A stretch of 64,000 bases of DNA from Rhynchobatus australiae (Eukaryota). The stretch is from the NCBI GenBank assembly GCA_034780895.1, contig JAUZTB010000098.1, forward strand, positions 80,671,639-80,735,638, in the 5' to 3' direction. Shown here one piece after another: positions 28,101 to 43,100 of this stretch (position 1 is the stretch's first letter; each line of letters starts with the position of its first letter). The notes beneath the pieces are model-generated. The model was not told the origin of the DNA. It saw only the letters and a program-made list of their open reading frames with translations, and searched no databases. A program made the translations under genes and the position numbers.

Positions 28101-31100
28101 CTAAATAACAACATATCAAACAATCAGTCAGGCCTCATTACAGAGCAGCTACACCAGCTTGTGGGTCTGTCTTGTTATATCAGAAAGCTTCATGAAATGG
28201 CACTAAAGCAGGGCTGAAGTCTGCCTGGAAGGAGGTGGGGAACAAAGTTCTTCAGCTTTGAACCTTTTACCTGTAATCACACATCTAATTCACTCAACAA
28301 AGTGTAGATTTTCTTTTCCACAGTTAGTAATTCAGAATGCGAATTTATTGCATTAAAAAAAATCAAATCTTCTGGTAAGGATTTACAGCTCAAGGACTTG
28401 ACATTTATAGCCTAGCAAGTGCCTTGAACATTTTTAGTCAGTGTACTTCTGGATCACATACAATCTGATTCTGGAATCTTGCGTTAGGAAAGCAAACTGC
28501 CTGGACAAAGTAGTGCAAACAAAAGGCTGCTTTTTAGTGGACAGAGGAGAAATCACTGAGGTGCCCATTGCATGCACACACAAAGCACTGCAAAGAGTGA
28601 GAGGCGACAGATCAGAGAGGGAAGCGTTATTGGAAAGTGTAAGGGCTTGATTTCCAACCATGCAGTGAGAGTACACAAAGTGACTGTCCAATTGGATTCT
28701 TACCAGGGCTTCATAATCTTCTGTAGTTTCTGATACCGTCTGCAAAAATTTAAAAACTTTCACATATTACACAGTTCTCCAAAAATACAACTTACACAGA
28801 CTGGCAATAGGTCAGCTTTGCACCTTGAATTTTTTTCCTCTGCTCTCTTTCAGAAAAGTTCACAAGCTGAAGAGATATTTTAAATACAACCCAAAATAGC
28901 TTTTAAAGCCAAGACAAAACTAGTATCCCCACTCAAAATAATTTCATTGGCTAACACTGATGGGGCAATACAAAGGGTTTCCAAACCTCAGCAAAAAGCC
29001 TTGAGTGAGTAACATGTGCAGAGAGAAATGTAAACATTATTTGATTAGCCCCACTCCATCCCAAGCTTGGGGAATTTGGGAGAAAGTAAAAAAAAAATTC
29101 ACAATTACGGTGCACAAAATTCCATTATACTCTCCAAACAAAAATAAACAAGGGTTGTAAAGGCAAATCCTATAGCATGGGAGAAGATTACATGGCCCAT
29201 GATGACTCTTCCCATTTGCTATCCAGTTAGTCCCATTTCCCTGTTCCTTCCCCATAAAATCTGCACCTATTCCTATTAAGGCATTTATTATTTCTGAAGT
29301 TGCTTCATCAAGTCTTGTATGCCGTGCATTCAGGTTCATTTCAACACACTGCAGAAAATAATTCTCATTTCCCTCCTGGCTTCTATTGACAAAATTAATT
29401 ATTGACAACACCTGCTTGCAAAAGAGTTTCTCTCTACTTAGTCTATCAATACTTAAACTCTACTTACACAACGTCCTATTCTGTCTCCCTCCTCGAGGAG
29501 TTCTGTCAGGAATATAAAAGCAACTGACTTTTGACAAAATTTTTGCTGCAAGCACAAGTGAAATGGCAGGCAAAAAGTTTTCCAGAAGACCTCTGCTGAT
29601 AGCAGAGGCTAGAATGCAGCTTGCGGTATGTCAGGCAGATTCACAGCACTTCCAACACCCAGTGGTTGGCATGTGAAATCCATAGAAATCATCAAGGAAC
29701 TGCTATGGGCACATCCGGTTGTATCTGTGCCAGCTCCCATTAGGCCAATCCCATTCCTCTGCAAACTATTTTCCCTCATGCTGAAACAATTCCCTCCTAA
29801 AAGCCCGCATTAATTCTTACAAGTACCGAGTTCCACATTATCACCACTTTCTGCATAAAAATGGTTTTCCTTCACATTGCCCTTGTAGCTGTTGCCTTTT
29901 AAATCTGTACCCTTTGGTTCTTGAACCATCACTAATGGGAACAGCTTCGCTCTACTTAGCCCGTCTAACCCTCCATTTACTGCATCTGCACCTTGAACAT
30001 CCCTAGTCTCCAGATTTCCAAGAGATGCTGGATGTGCCTTAGAAAATGCCACTGTGTAGAAACAATGGAAGATTCTAACCACTGTGTTACATTCTCAATA
30101 CTATTAACCTCACATGGAATGGCATTGAAATTTATGGAATAGAAATAGACCATTTCTGTGTATGGTCCACGCAGATCTTCTCACCTTCTTCTTTATCTCA
30201 CCCTGCCAGCATGTCTTCCTAATATTTTCTCCTGCTGTTTTATCCAGCTTCCTCTTAATGGCCTCAATGTGGTTTGCCTCAAATAATCTACATGGTAATG
30301 AGTTCCACATTCTCAAATTCTTGATGTATCTGCAGTATTATCAGCGATACTGGTTACATAAAATGCATGTAGCAAGTGGACTTTAAAATACATATTTATA
30401 TCAATAATATGTCCAGAATGTTGATCTATCTTTTATTCTTATGCAAATTAATTCATAAAAATATTTGCGTAGTCCTTTTCCCATAAGTCAATTGGTAAAT
30501 GTACCCACATCTTCTCCCCAGTGCTACACTACTTAGTTTGAGGAAGTCCCAGATTCATTTCCTGAGCTATGAATGGAAGAGGCTTGCACTGATTTGGTGC
30601 CTTTCATGCCCCTTTTCAGATCACTTTAAATTGCTTTGCAGCAAATGCAGAAGCCAATTTGTGCATAGCAAGCTCCCACAAACGTGAGAATGATCCAGAT
30701 AATCAGCTTCAGAACAACACTGACTCAAAGTTTGGCATGGTCACTCAGGATTATTCCTCATGTTTCTTCAAAAACAGCCATGTCCGAAAAGAAAGGGCCT
30801 TGGCTATGTATCAGTGAAAGACGGCACCTCTGATCGTGCAAAGACACCTCAGAACCGAACTGGATTTTTGTGTTTAAGTCACTAGAGAAAGGCCTGAACT
30901 GGGCTTAGAGCCTTCTGACTCAAAGGTGAGAATGCTACNNNNNNNNNNNNNNNNNNNNNNNNNNNNNNNNNNNNNNNNNNNNNNNNNNNNNNNNNNNNNN
31001 NNNNNNNNNNNNNNNNNNNNNNNNNNNNNNNNNNNNNNNNNNNNNNNNNNNNNNNNNNNNNNNNNNNNNNNNNNNNNNNNNNNNNNNNNNNNNNNNNNNN

Positions 31101-34100
31101 NNNNNNNNNNNNNNNNNNNNNNNNNNNNNNNNNNNNNNNNNNNNNNNNNNNNNNNNNNNNNNNNNNNNNNNNNNNNNNNNNNNNNNNNNNNNNNNNNNNN
31201 NNNNNNNNNNNNNNNNNNNNNNNNNNNNNNNNNNNNNNNNNNNNNNNNNNNNNNNNNNNNNNNNNNNNNNNNNNNNNNNNNNNNNNNNNNNNNNNTACAT
31301 TGAGAATCATGACAGCTTTATCATTAACCACCAGTTCCACAGAATCATTGAGAGTTCATTAATAATCAATCCCCGAATGGCCTTGCCTGGCTGGACACTA
31401 AGCAACAGATTCCAACAGACGGGACAACATGGCAAGGGTCCAGTGTAAATACTTCTCCAGCACCCACCACTTCCCCCACCCCACCACCACCAGACAAACA
31501 AACAGGCAGCAATACTGGAAAACCCAGACTACCCCTCTAGCCACCTGATCACTTTACTGTGTAATCCAAATGGATACCAAGAAGACATGGATTTGAATAT
31601 TTTTTTATATCAAGTAACATCATAAGTGCAAGTTACAATAAATAAAACAGTTTCAATCTAACCAGAGAGTAGTAGCATTTCAACTTAAACTATGTGATAT
31701 GATTTCTGTCGAGGATACCAGCTGAACAGGAAGCCACCTTGCTTTCTGTTCCTGTTTACAGTCCGGCTGCAACCTCTTGACAATGTTCACTGAAGGACCA
31801 GACAGCTGAGGAGTGATCCAGCTTAAAGCCCAACTTCCATCTTATTTTAGAATATTCTTGAGTTCTGAAAATATTATGAGGAATCTCTATTCCAAAGCTC
31901 ACTGTGAGATTATTGAGTGATTTTAAACAAAATACGAAACTGGTAGTTTCTGTTCCAGCCATTTTGTAGCAATTAACCACGTAAAGAAGGTACATGACTA
32001 ACATACTAACTCTTCAGCTGAAGCTAGCTGCTCTAATTCCATTCCTTAACCTTTCTGAGCTCTCAGCATCTCTATCAATGAGCTGTATTCTATCATTCTA
32101 CCAATCAAGTCACACAAGACTTGACATTCATAGAACCAAAAACACTCTGGAAAAGGAGCCAGAAGATTGCTCCATGAAAGTTAAATAGTGAGAGCCCCTT
32201 GGGCTCCAGGACCTCAACAACTTAACTCATGATCCTTGTCTCCTTCTGTACACTTCAGTTTTCTAATTTTCTGCAACCTTTCTCCAGCTGTAAAAGTTAG
32301 TTAGCTAATGAGCTAATAGCCTAAGCTTATTCCTCCATGCTCATTAAACCATCAGCAGGAAATACTGCCCAGTCCAAACACCAGACTTCATCTGGCAAAA
32401 AAGGGAAGTTAGTCTACCCTGTTTTAGAAGTGTTAATTCTCTTTCTCAGCAGAAAGTAATCACAAAGATGTCATATCAAATCATGTAGCCTTATTTCCTC
32501 TGTGCTTGGATAAAATCCTTTAACTTGAAAACTTGAGCAGAACAACTGCTGCACATCGGGCTAGAAATGAGCACACTGCTACCCGAGTGAGACAGAAGAA
32601 CAGATGAACCAAGGGCAGGCAATAAATTAACAGCCTCTGTGACAGCAAAGCCCACAGTGATGAAGTGTTGCGTACTGGCCTCTCTGAATGATAGCAGCAA
32701 GTTCCTCTTCACCCAGACCCTACAAAGCTTAAAATAAACCAGCTTTGTTTCACAGAACTGGCAAAAATTTATCTCTGCCACAAATCTAATTCAAATAGTT
32801 ATACTTCTCTCCCCTACAGTTATTACCATCCCCAAAAGTCAACAAGTACAGATATTATTCTCAATAGTCACTTCCATTATTTCTCTTCTCTCCCATTATA
32901 ATTACTGATCATGTCCTCAGTACCTACTCCCACTCTGTCCTGAAACTGTGCTTGAGCTGAGAGGTTAAAGACAAATTGATCAGAGAACATATTAATAGCT
33001 TACTGTATTTAAAAAGAGGCAATCAGCAATCACCTGCTTAATTAGGAAGTAAAATGAAAGAAGGAAATCCACTACTAAATGGGCATATTCAAAATCTAAA
33101 CCCTCATTGTACTATCACTACTCCTTCACAAACAAGTACCCAATGCCTTCTAAAGACATAGGCAACAGGACTGAATAAATATCAAGATCCTCCAACATTC
33201 TGCCTCCTGGTGGTGCACAGATTAGTCTTGATTACTTTGGTGAATGACTTCCAAATGTCACATGATCTCACACAAGACAGACAGAAGCTTAACACTAAAT
33301 GCCAAGGAGGGAGGATCCACACTGCTTGAGCTGACAGACAGGCGCACTCTTGCAGCCCTGAGTACACATCATTACCAATAGACAGGATTTTCTCTCCCCA
33401 ATGTTGACAGCATTTAAGGATTCCATTGGCATTTGTTTAACTTGGTGCCAACATGCATGTGCAGAAGTGAAGGGGCACTTTAAAACTCTCTGCCCCACAA
33501 ACTGGTACTGTTCACTCCCTGATCTACGTTAGCAGCTAAACGGTGAGTGGGATATTAGGGTCGCCCTTTCAGGAAAGATTCGCACATTGCATTTAGTCAC
33601 TGTCAAAAGGCATGCCCCTGTTGCTGAGAAACTGCCTGCAGCATTCCATAAACAGCACACGCACAGAAGAGCGGGACCAGCTGGCAGCACAAATGAGGGC
33701 ACTTCTGGACAAAATGACTCATGTTATACTCTACAAAAAAAAATTACATGAATCACAAAGGACTTTTGCTGTTGTGTAGTGTAGTTCTGTTCAGTAGAGG
33801 TTGTGGCCTATGCTGAAATCTGTGGGCTCACCATCCATGAACTTGCTAGCAGTTCCATTCTAATTTATTTTGTGACAAGCAGCGGCATCAAGGAACCACA
33901 CGGAGGAAGCTGCCAGCCTAACACCCGTAACAGTGACACTGTGAGGGGCTGGAGACCCCCCTGATGCCTAGAGCTGGTGGATGTGTTGCAAACAGAATCT
34001 AAGTTAGTTGAAACTAACTTCCACAAACTGGGTTGGAAGTTTGTAGAATCAACAATTCTATGATTTCACAAGGCACCAGAGGCTACCATTCAGCCTGTTG

Positions 34101-37100
34101 CCTCCGTGCTGGCTCCCTGTGGAGCAATCCCATCAGTCCCAACACCTTCCTCTTTCTCTGCAGCACTGAATTCATCCCCTCTTGACTGCCTATTTAATTC
34201 AGGACACCAGACTACACTTCTGGCATCCACGTCAAGTCCTGCTGTGCAGCACAGTGGCAAATTAACTGTCACCTATTAATTCCTAGATTCAGAAGGTCCA
34301 GAATTCAGTAGGAATGGCTGAATGGCAGTAGTTCCCCCTGGAACTGCTGGCTACAGTCAGGAAGATTCAGCTCACTGTCTTTTTACAGACTGATTAGAAT
34401 CTGACAGGTGGCATGGGACTATAAATTTATCAGTGTGCAACCAGTGTCAGGCTGCTCAAGGAGACTTTAGGAAAACTGGAAAAAACTCTGTAGCAAATCT
34501 GCTGATTCTTGGGAAAACATCAGACCTTCCCAACGGGTTGGTGATTATGCTTCAGGTCCAATAATTCAGATAGCACATGTTTCAGTTGCATCACTAGGAG
34601 TTTAAGAATTTGAATTTCTTCCAGAAAATTAGTTAGTCTTCAACCAGTTCAGGGATGGAAGAAGGAAAAGTGCTGTCCTAACCTGGTCTGACTTGATGAT
34701 GATTCACCATCATGCCTGACTCTAAACTGCCCTCTGAAATGCCTAAACTGCTGCACCATGGAATGCTCACCTTGTCACTGACACTCACATCCCACGAATT
34801 AATTGAAAAAATGTTTTTTCAAACTGCAAAATTGANNNNNNNNNNNNNNNNNNNNNNNNNNNNNNNNNNNNNNNNNNNNNNNNNNNNNNNNNNNNNNNNN
34901 NNNNNNNNNNNNNNNNNNNNNNNNNNNNNNNNNNNAAAAAATGTTTTTTCAAACTGCAAAATTGAAATCCGAGTGCATGGATTTTTCAGGTGATTTAATT
35001 ACTTTATTCGCATTGCAATACATACGTTACAACTTCTTCCTCTGTCCCCACCCCAACGTCGGCATCCTAATCATTAACACTTTGTGCCATTCATTATCCA
35101 CTGAACCTCATTCTTCCCATCCAGCTATTTACTTTAACTAGACCTCAGGGCTACACTGAGATGTATAGATACTTACTCAGATCCACTTTCCACCATCTGA
35201 GTTAGGAGGGAGATGCCGTCAAGGTTAATGAACTCCTGGGCAAAGGTGATGTCACGGGAATGACTAGCCAAGTCTTTCAGTGCTTCCAACTTGGCATCCA
35301 TGCTGGAAGACTGGATTCTTTCATGGAGTGCCTGTGCAGTTTGTGTCTAGAAAAGTAATATGGAGACAAGAACAAAAAGAAACATGGCAGAAAGTGTACT
35401 CAAGACAAAAACCTTCTTAGCTCCTGCTCCCTCTCAAATAGACTTGATCCAAAATAAAGCACAGTTCCATGGAAAGCAGAAGCCTCCAAGTACATAAATC
35501 AACCAGACATTTTTCATAGAGGAAGGGTTGATCCACACGGAAAGGATCTGCAGATTATTCATCATTACGGCCAAGTTCAATGCAGCCTTCACCAATTGGG
35601 TAACTTGTATTAGGAACCGTATTTAATATTCTCCACACCAGCTGGAATGGTCACTAATGGAAATCTCAGAGGAAACAGCATTTAAAAAGAATTAATATGG
35701 GGACAATGCAAAACAGCCCATGTAGTACTTCCCAGCACCCAGTGCGAGCTGGGTTCAGCATGTAGAAAACTCACTAGGCCCACCTGAGACTGGAACAGAA
35801 ACTCCAGGCTAACATGCCAGGTGTAGTGCTGAGGGGATGCTGCCCTGTCACATACTGCCTTTCCTTTGCAACATTAAAGCAACATCTTGCCTGGCCTCTC
35901 AGGTCAACATAAAAGACCTCATGGCATTATTTTTATACAGATGGTGGGGAGCGCTCTCCCTGTGCCCTGGTAATGCATTTCTCAATAAATACTTCTAAAA
36001 CATTACTGCTTCTATAAGTTGGTTGTATTTCTTTATACAGCAAGTGCCAAATGCTGTAATAGACTGACCCTCAAAGATAATCTGAGGGCTGCTGCTTCGG
36101 TGGAAGATTATGGTCCGTATTCATTCTCAAGGGAAAAGTCTGACCTTCCCATGCTTAAACATTTTCTCCCTCCCCTCAACAGGTGGGAGATTCAAAATGA
36201 ATCATTTGTTTTTAAAAGGTCTGTGTTACACAGTTTTAAACTCCTGCCCGTCTACTCTCAACAAAGTTCTTCTTTCTCACTGTCAGATAAAGCATGATTT
36301 GAATTCACAGAATGCCTTTTGTGGCCTCTATATGACCATAATGCTATGCACCAATGAACTGCTTTTACACAAGTGTCACTCTTGTATTAGTCATTACCAC
36401 ATTGCTGCTTGTGTAAGCTAGCAGCCAATTTATGCACTGCACAATTACACAAATAGCAATGTGAACACGACCAAGTTCATTCTATTTTAGTAATGATGGT
36501 TGAGACATAAATACTAAACAGGATGTTGGGGGATAACAAATGCTTTTTTGCTAAGTAACAATGTGCACTCTCTTGAGGGGGTAGTAAAGGCAGCAGTTCC
36601 TACGGTGCAGTATTCCCTCAATCTAGCACAGCGATGTCAACCTGGATGATATGCTCTAATCTCTGGAGTAGGACTTGACCTAGGGGCTGAATCACCCATG
36701 TACTTTTAATGAAAGGAACAAACAGCCTTCAGCACCAGTTCAGCTGTTGCAAATGGTTTCTTTTGAAGGTTGTCAGCCAAGTTATTGCAATACAAAAAAA
36801 GGCATATACCACTTGATATAAAAATTGATTTAAAATAAACAACTGGAATCATACAGAAATGTGAACACAACATAAACTACTTACTGGTGACGATGCCAAT
36901 CGAAGGATTGCACCATTTTTTATTTCATTACGGTTCTGAAGGAGAATAAAAATCCAACCAGTTACATTGTGAAAGTTTATTTTACATCAAGTACCTCACT
37001 CATCAATTATTATTTATTGTTTTTTCCCTGCCTTCAGTGGTAGTGATCACCAGTGTATGATGTTTTCTCGATCACAATTCAATAGGATCAGTAACCTAAA

Positions 37101-40100
37101 AAATTCTAGAGATCCCAGAATTGAATCCCAGGAATGATTCTATGTATACCACATCAACGTTTTGCTAATACATGGTACGTAGCAGTGTAGGTCATAAGAA
37201 ACTACTTTTATCCAAAAGTTTCTCCACATCTCTTCACTCTGGGCTGGGGGTGGGCAGGCAGTGGAGCAAGAGTGCACAGGGCCCCACCTTATCTCTACAT
37301 TTGTATATTGCCTAATTAAGAAAGATTTATTGCTACGATTTCTCAACAAGTTCCTCAATCTCCAATCCCCCCTTCCTCATCCTGTTTATCCCCATTTCAG
37401 GACTGAATTTGCAACCGGCATGCACTGCAATCTACAGTTCCCTCCTATGTTAACTATACTTCCTCACACCCTGCTTTCTGCCAAGACTCCATTTCATTCC
37501 CCTAGCTGTTCTGATCATTCCACCTTCCAAACCAGTGCTTTCAATGTTGACTCCTTTATTTTTCCCTCACCTGTGATTTCCACTCCTACGCAGCTGACAA
37601 GGCTCCCAACTGCACGTGTGCCATTTCCTGCAGTGCTGATCACATTCCTTCTCCTCCCAACCAGAAAATAGATAGGACTCCTCTCACCCTCATGCTCTAC
37701 CCCACCAGCCCCTTTATTTAATGGATTATCCTCCCTAATTTCTGATACCTCCAGGCACATCTTCCTCTCCCTTTTCAGCATTCCAAAGAGACTTCTCTGT
37801 CTGCAACTTCGCTCTTCTATCTCTGTTAATACCTATTCCCCTTCCCAAAGCACAGTCCCGTGCAACAGCAGGAGATGAAATATCTGCCCTTCACCTCCAC
37901 CCTTCCCATTGCCCAGGCTCCAAACACATTTTTCTCATGAAGCAGCAACTTATTTGTATCTCTTCTGATTTAACGTACTGCAATGACTGCTCATTAAGCT
38001 CTAAAAAATCAAAAAAATACATCAATTTGGGCATCAATGACATCAAACTGTACAAATTAATAAAATATCTCAGGCAGCATGTTATGGCAGGTATCCTTTA
38101 CAAACTTTGGTCATCCCCTCATATCTTTGTTCAGTGTCCATTTGTCTGTTAAAGGTTTCCGTAGGAGAATTAGTTTATGGGCATGAGAGAACAAGTTAGT
38201 GGGAAATAAGTGAGGAAATGGGATTGAAGGAATTGTTCTGAAATTTGGCCAAATTACCCCTTGCTATGTCGTAAGAAAACATACAAAAATAATACATAAT
38301 GAAAGTTGCTGTCATTGGTGAAAAGGTGAGATGTGAATGTGCAGACAAGTTAGTTATGAACTTCATGAGCAAGGTCAGAAGGGTAATTATTTATCTGAAA
38401 ATGCTCATAGAATAGCAGACTTAACTCAAGGATAATTGCTAATAAATGCATTAGAGAGCCAGGGAAAAATGCTTCATCCACAGTGGGCTGAAAATACAAT
38501 TGCTACACACGGACTAGTTGAGATGCAATGGCTCAGAAAAACTAAACAAAATACAAGCAGAATAGAACAGAAGAACAGTATGCTCTCAGGCATGGCGTGA
38601 GGTACAACACTAGCATTGACCATTCTACAAAATTAGGAGGTGGTTGTTTAAAACTGAGGTGCATAGGAACTTCTCAAAGAAGGAGAAGGGTCTTTGGAAT
38701 TCTCTATTTCAAAAGGTTGCAAGGGTTGGATCACTAGAAGTACTTACAGAGGAAGTAAATACATATTTGAAAGAGCAGGGAATTGAGGGCTATGTGAACT
38801 GGTACAGAAGAGAGAGAACTAGACCAGATCACCCAAGATCATACCGAACAGCAAGGCAAGCTTGAGGGACCGAGTGGCCTACGCCTACACCTGCTCGTAT
38901 TTCCTTTTCTAATCTATAATTTTGTGTAACTCAGTGTTACTGAAGGCTAAAGAATGAAACATCAATAGAAGAATCTACTTGGAATACCAAACAGAATGAG
39001 TTTCGTCTTAAATTTTATATTCTTCATTATTCTACAATATAACTTTTTATCCAAATTATTATTTCTCCAGTCTTCTTCACTACCAGAAATTTTTATCTTC
39101 ATCTCTTGAAGTATCCATTTCACCACTTGAGGGCAGCCTTCAATCAGCCTAAACCTCCTTGCGAACAAACACCCGGAGGCTTTTCAACAGATAACCAAAG
39201 GCAACCCTAATCACTTTCTCAGTGCATTATTAGACAAACCCCTGATAGAATGAAATGTCCCAGGCTGTTGCACAGCAGAGGAACAGAAGCATAGGCACCA
39301 CAAGGTGAGCTGTCAAGGGTAATAGTAGAGAACGAGGGCAGGACAGAGGGGAAGAAGCGTGCACGGCCAGGAGATCAGAGGAGAAAGAGTGAGTGCAACC
39401 AGAAACAGCTGGCCTGATCGGAAATGTGGGAAATGCACACTTGGTTGCTCCTTGCACCTGTTATCTGAAATGCTGTGCAACGTGGAGGCTGTGTTGCAGG
39501 ACAAGGGGTTGGCCATTCACACCTGACATGAGAGAACTAGAAATGTTATTACTCGGGAGGATAATGATGGAACATCCAAATCCCTCTATCCCAGAGAATG
39601 CTTGGTCTTTGCATGTATTCAAGCAGCGTTTGATAATTTTTTGGAGACCGAATGAAGTGAGAAATGTAGACCATAGACTTGAGGTAAAAGTTTACCATGG
39701 TTTCACTGCCTTATACTTAATGATGCATGAAGAAGACCAGCTAGATCACCCATCAGTTCAGTGCACGCATATCCACATTGTCACCTGATCCATCAATGCC
39801 TTGATATTAAAATTCTCTTGCATGTTTTCAAATCCCATAATGGCCTCCAGTAGCTCAAAGACCTGTAACCGTGCCCCCTTTGCACATCTCATTCCACAGG
39901 GCCCACCACTGGCCGCCATGTCTTTGGCACCCATATCCTGGAACTTACTCCCTAAACTGCTCTCTCCCTCTTCACTCCTTCGGGACGCTCTGCAAAGGAC
40001 AGGATTTGACAAATTTCCCATATCTCTCTTCTGGCTCGGTGTCAAATTCTGTTTGATAACCCTCCTGTGAAGCCCTTTGGAATAATTCACTATATCAAGG

Positions 40101-43100
40101 TGCTACATTAATATTGACTATACAGGAAAGAGAGGGATAGGAACAAGTCCCAGCCCATCTGTAACACCAAAGTATCTTTGGGAGCAGCAAGGATATGTCA
40201 GTGAAATTGAGGAGCAAAATGTGCAATAGTCACTGCAAGTCATCAAGGCAGCTATAGAACATTGTGTTCTTATAGACAGGGCCAGATAGTGACACTTTCC
40301 CCTGTCACTGTTACTGTGTCTGTCAACACTGAACAGTGCATTTAATATTCCTGCTCTCACTCCTTCATTGCTCCCATGAACAGTGTGAAGTCACATCCAG
40401 ATCAAGAGTAAAGTCATATCCAGATCTCTGCCAATGTTGTTGCTAGGTGTGCTCAGACGCTGATCTTACATAGTAAGCACATTACAAATGCTATTAGAAA
40501 CCTCAAATTCTGCTTCCACTCAACCCATGTTGCATGGCCCTATTTGTACTATATCAACAGCATTCTCAAAATCTGTATTGTGTCCTTACAAACACACATA
40601 TATACAACACTCGTCTTTCCATCTGTCATCATCCCCTCCATCTCCCTCCCTTATGTGTGCTGCTTGTTGAGCCCCCACACCCTCTGCACTTGTTGCACAG
40701 TTGCACAAAATAACACAGTACTGGAAATGATATACAACCTCATTTCAACCCTGTCTATCTATTCTTTCAATTCTAATGGTGATTAAAAATCTTTTGATCG
40801 CAATCCACATAGACAGAGGGAGCATTAAATGTGTAATCTTGCCTTTTCAGTGATGTAGAAGTTAGTGCCGTCCGCATACTGCAGAGCATAGTTTTCAGGA
40901 CTCGGTAGAGACCAGCTTAAAGTAAAAAGAAAAAAAAAGTTAATTTCCCAAACTGTTACAGCAGCAGAGAATCAAATGAATGTTACAATCACATGGCTTT
41001 TTCTCATTATGTATTGGCCTGACATTTATTGACTCCTCTCCCCTAGCTCCTTTTACCAGTTGTTGCCCTGCTAGAAGACATGAACATGACACACTCATCA
41101 TGTGCTCCAGCATGTACAATGGCCAAATGATCTTCTGCCATAGCAGCATATAATGACCCTAGTGAGGGCATCATAGTCATACAGCACAGAAACAGGTTTT
41201 TCAGCCCACCATTGTATCCATCTACATTAATCCCATTTACCAGCATTTGGTATGTAGCCTTCTATTCAAAGGGAAAAGCCGAGAGCCTAATCACAGCATC
41301 AGCTGTCTTCTGATCATCAAGATTGGCATCAGGGATGGGAAATAAATTGCTCACTTCCCACATCACTAGAGCAGAAACACCAAGGCTAACTGCAGCAATC
41401 CAACCAGCCTTCTGGAGAAGATCACCAACCTCAGCAGAGAATGGCAATGGAATCCAGTACAGTACAGCTGTCAGCACAGTACAGCTTACCTGGTCATTAT
41501 CACATTGGTTTGCGTTTGCAAATTGGTACCTTACAAAATGATAACACCTCAAAAAGGCACTGAAATGTCCCAAGGATTGTGAAGGCATTGTGGAAGTTCA
41601 AAGATTTCTTCCACCTCATCTTGCTGAGATAATTTAATCTTCAATCTAATTATGCACTCTCCATGGACAAGTGGCTAATATTAGCCCAGAAAACATACTT
41701 ACATACCATATTAACTGCAATATTGAAATATTAAAGAATGGCATCACAGGAATCTAGCAAAATGCTGGCTAGACATGGTCTTTAGAGATTCTTGGGCAGT
41801 AAATTACTTCAAGATTTGCAACAGGCTTTAAAAAATCCATTGCTATAGTTTGAATATATTATCACTTAGAGTTGCATACTTAACTAACTCTACCTGGACC
41901 TCTATCAATAAAATGCAAGTAGATATTTTTTCCATCAATACTAAATTGTCCCAATTTCTCAGTTAATACATCTTACTAAACAGAAGTTGATGACTGTCTC
42001 TTGCATAGTTCTCTAAACAGTCTCCAATAGAACCCAAATCCTTGACTTGTCACCCTCCCTCCACTTAAAAACTCATCAAATGACCTCTCCAGTGGCAGCA
42101 GACCATCTCTCTTGTCACAGCCAAGCCATTTTCTTTTCGCAAGGAAGGTACTAGGATTCATAGATATGGGATGCTCAAATTGTGGAAGCACTTACCCATC
42201 ACAAACTTCCCGTATGATTGACGCCAGGGGCTTTTTCTGCATAAAATAAACAAGGGGGAAAAAATAATCAGATTTTTAAATTTAAAAGCATGTTCCTAAA
42301 GTAGTGCCCCCCCATTACTGTGCATTCTAACCTTGCCTTTGCCATTAAATGTCAAGTTGCCAAAAATAATTTGTCAAAGGCTCTTGAGGCTGTTTAACGA
42401 ACTTCACCAGCGGTTAATTCTGGGCATACATCACAAACTCTCCCCACTTCAGTCAGCCAGCCTGGCAATGAGGGATGGGGGAGAACAAACACATCAGGTA
42501 GTGCCACTGATCCACTGAAGGATGCCACCAATTGCTCGTTTACACTGTTCCATTGACAAGGCTGCAGATGTGGGCAGCAAACAAGAGTACTCAGAGAGCT
42601 CCCTGCAACTCTAGTCATGAACACATAATAAACTCCTTCCATCTGTCCTAGATTTTGGCTCCCAATTTAACTCAGCAAAGTTTTGGATAGTCTGAGTCTA
42701 AGCCAGCGTGAAATTAGAGACACAAGATGCTGGAACCTGGCATGAAAACTCAGGGGGTCAAGCAACATCTGTGGAGGCAAAGAGATGGTCACATTTCAGG
42801 TTGAGACCGTGCATCAGGACACTCCAACAGGTTGTCTTGAGAGCAAAATTAGTTTCTTGTTCCACATTAATATTGGCACCAAATCTTGTGTCTTTTAAGT
42901 CAATATATATATGTAAGCCACCTCATAAGACTCATCGGGGCAAAGTGTTGACAGTATTTGATTTCAGGCCACAACCTAATCCACATATCAAAACAGTAAC
43001 ACATGCTAGCAAATAATCCTCACACAGAAACACAAACAGAATGGTAGAATTAAAATTACAATCTTCCAGAGTGGTGCTGGGATCCCAGTGGAGCTTCCAG

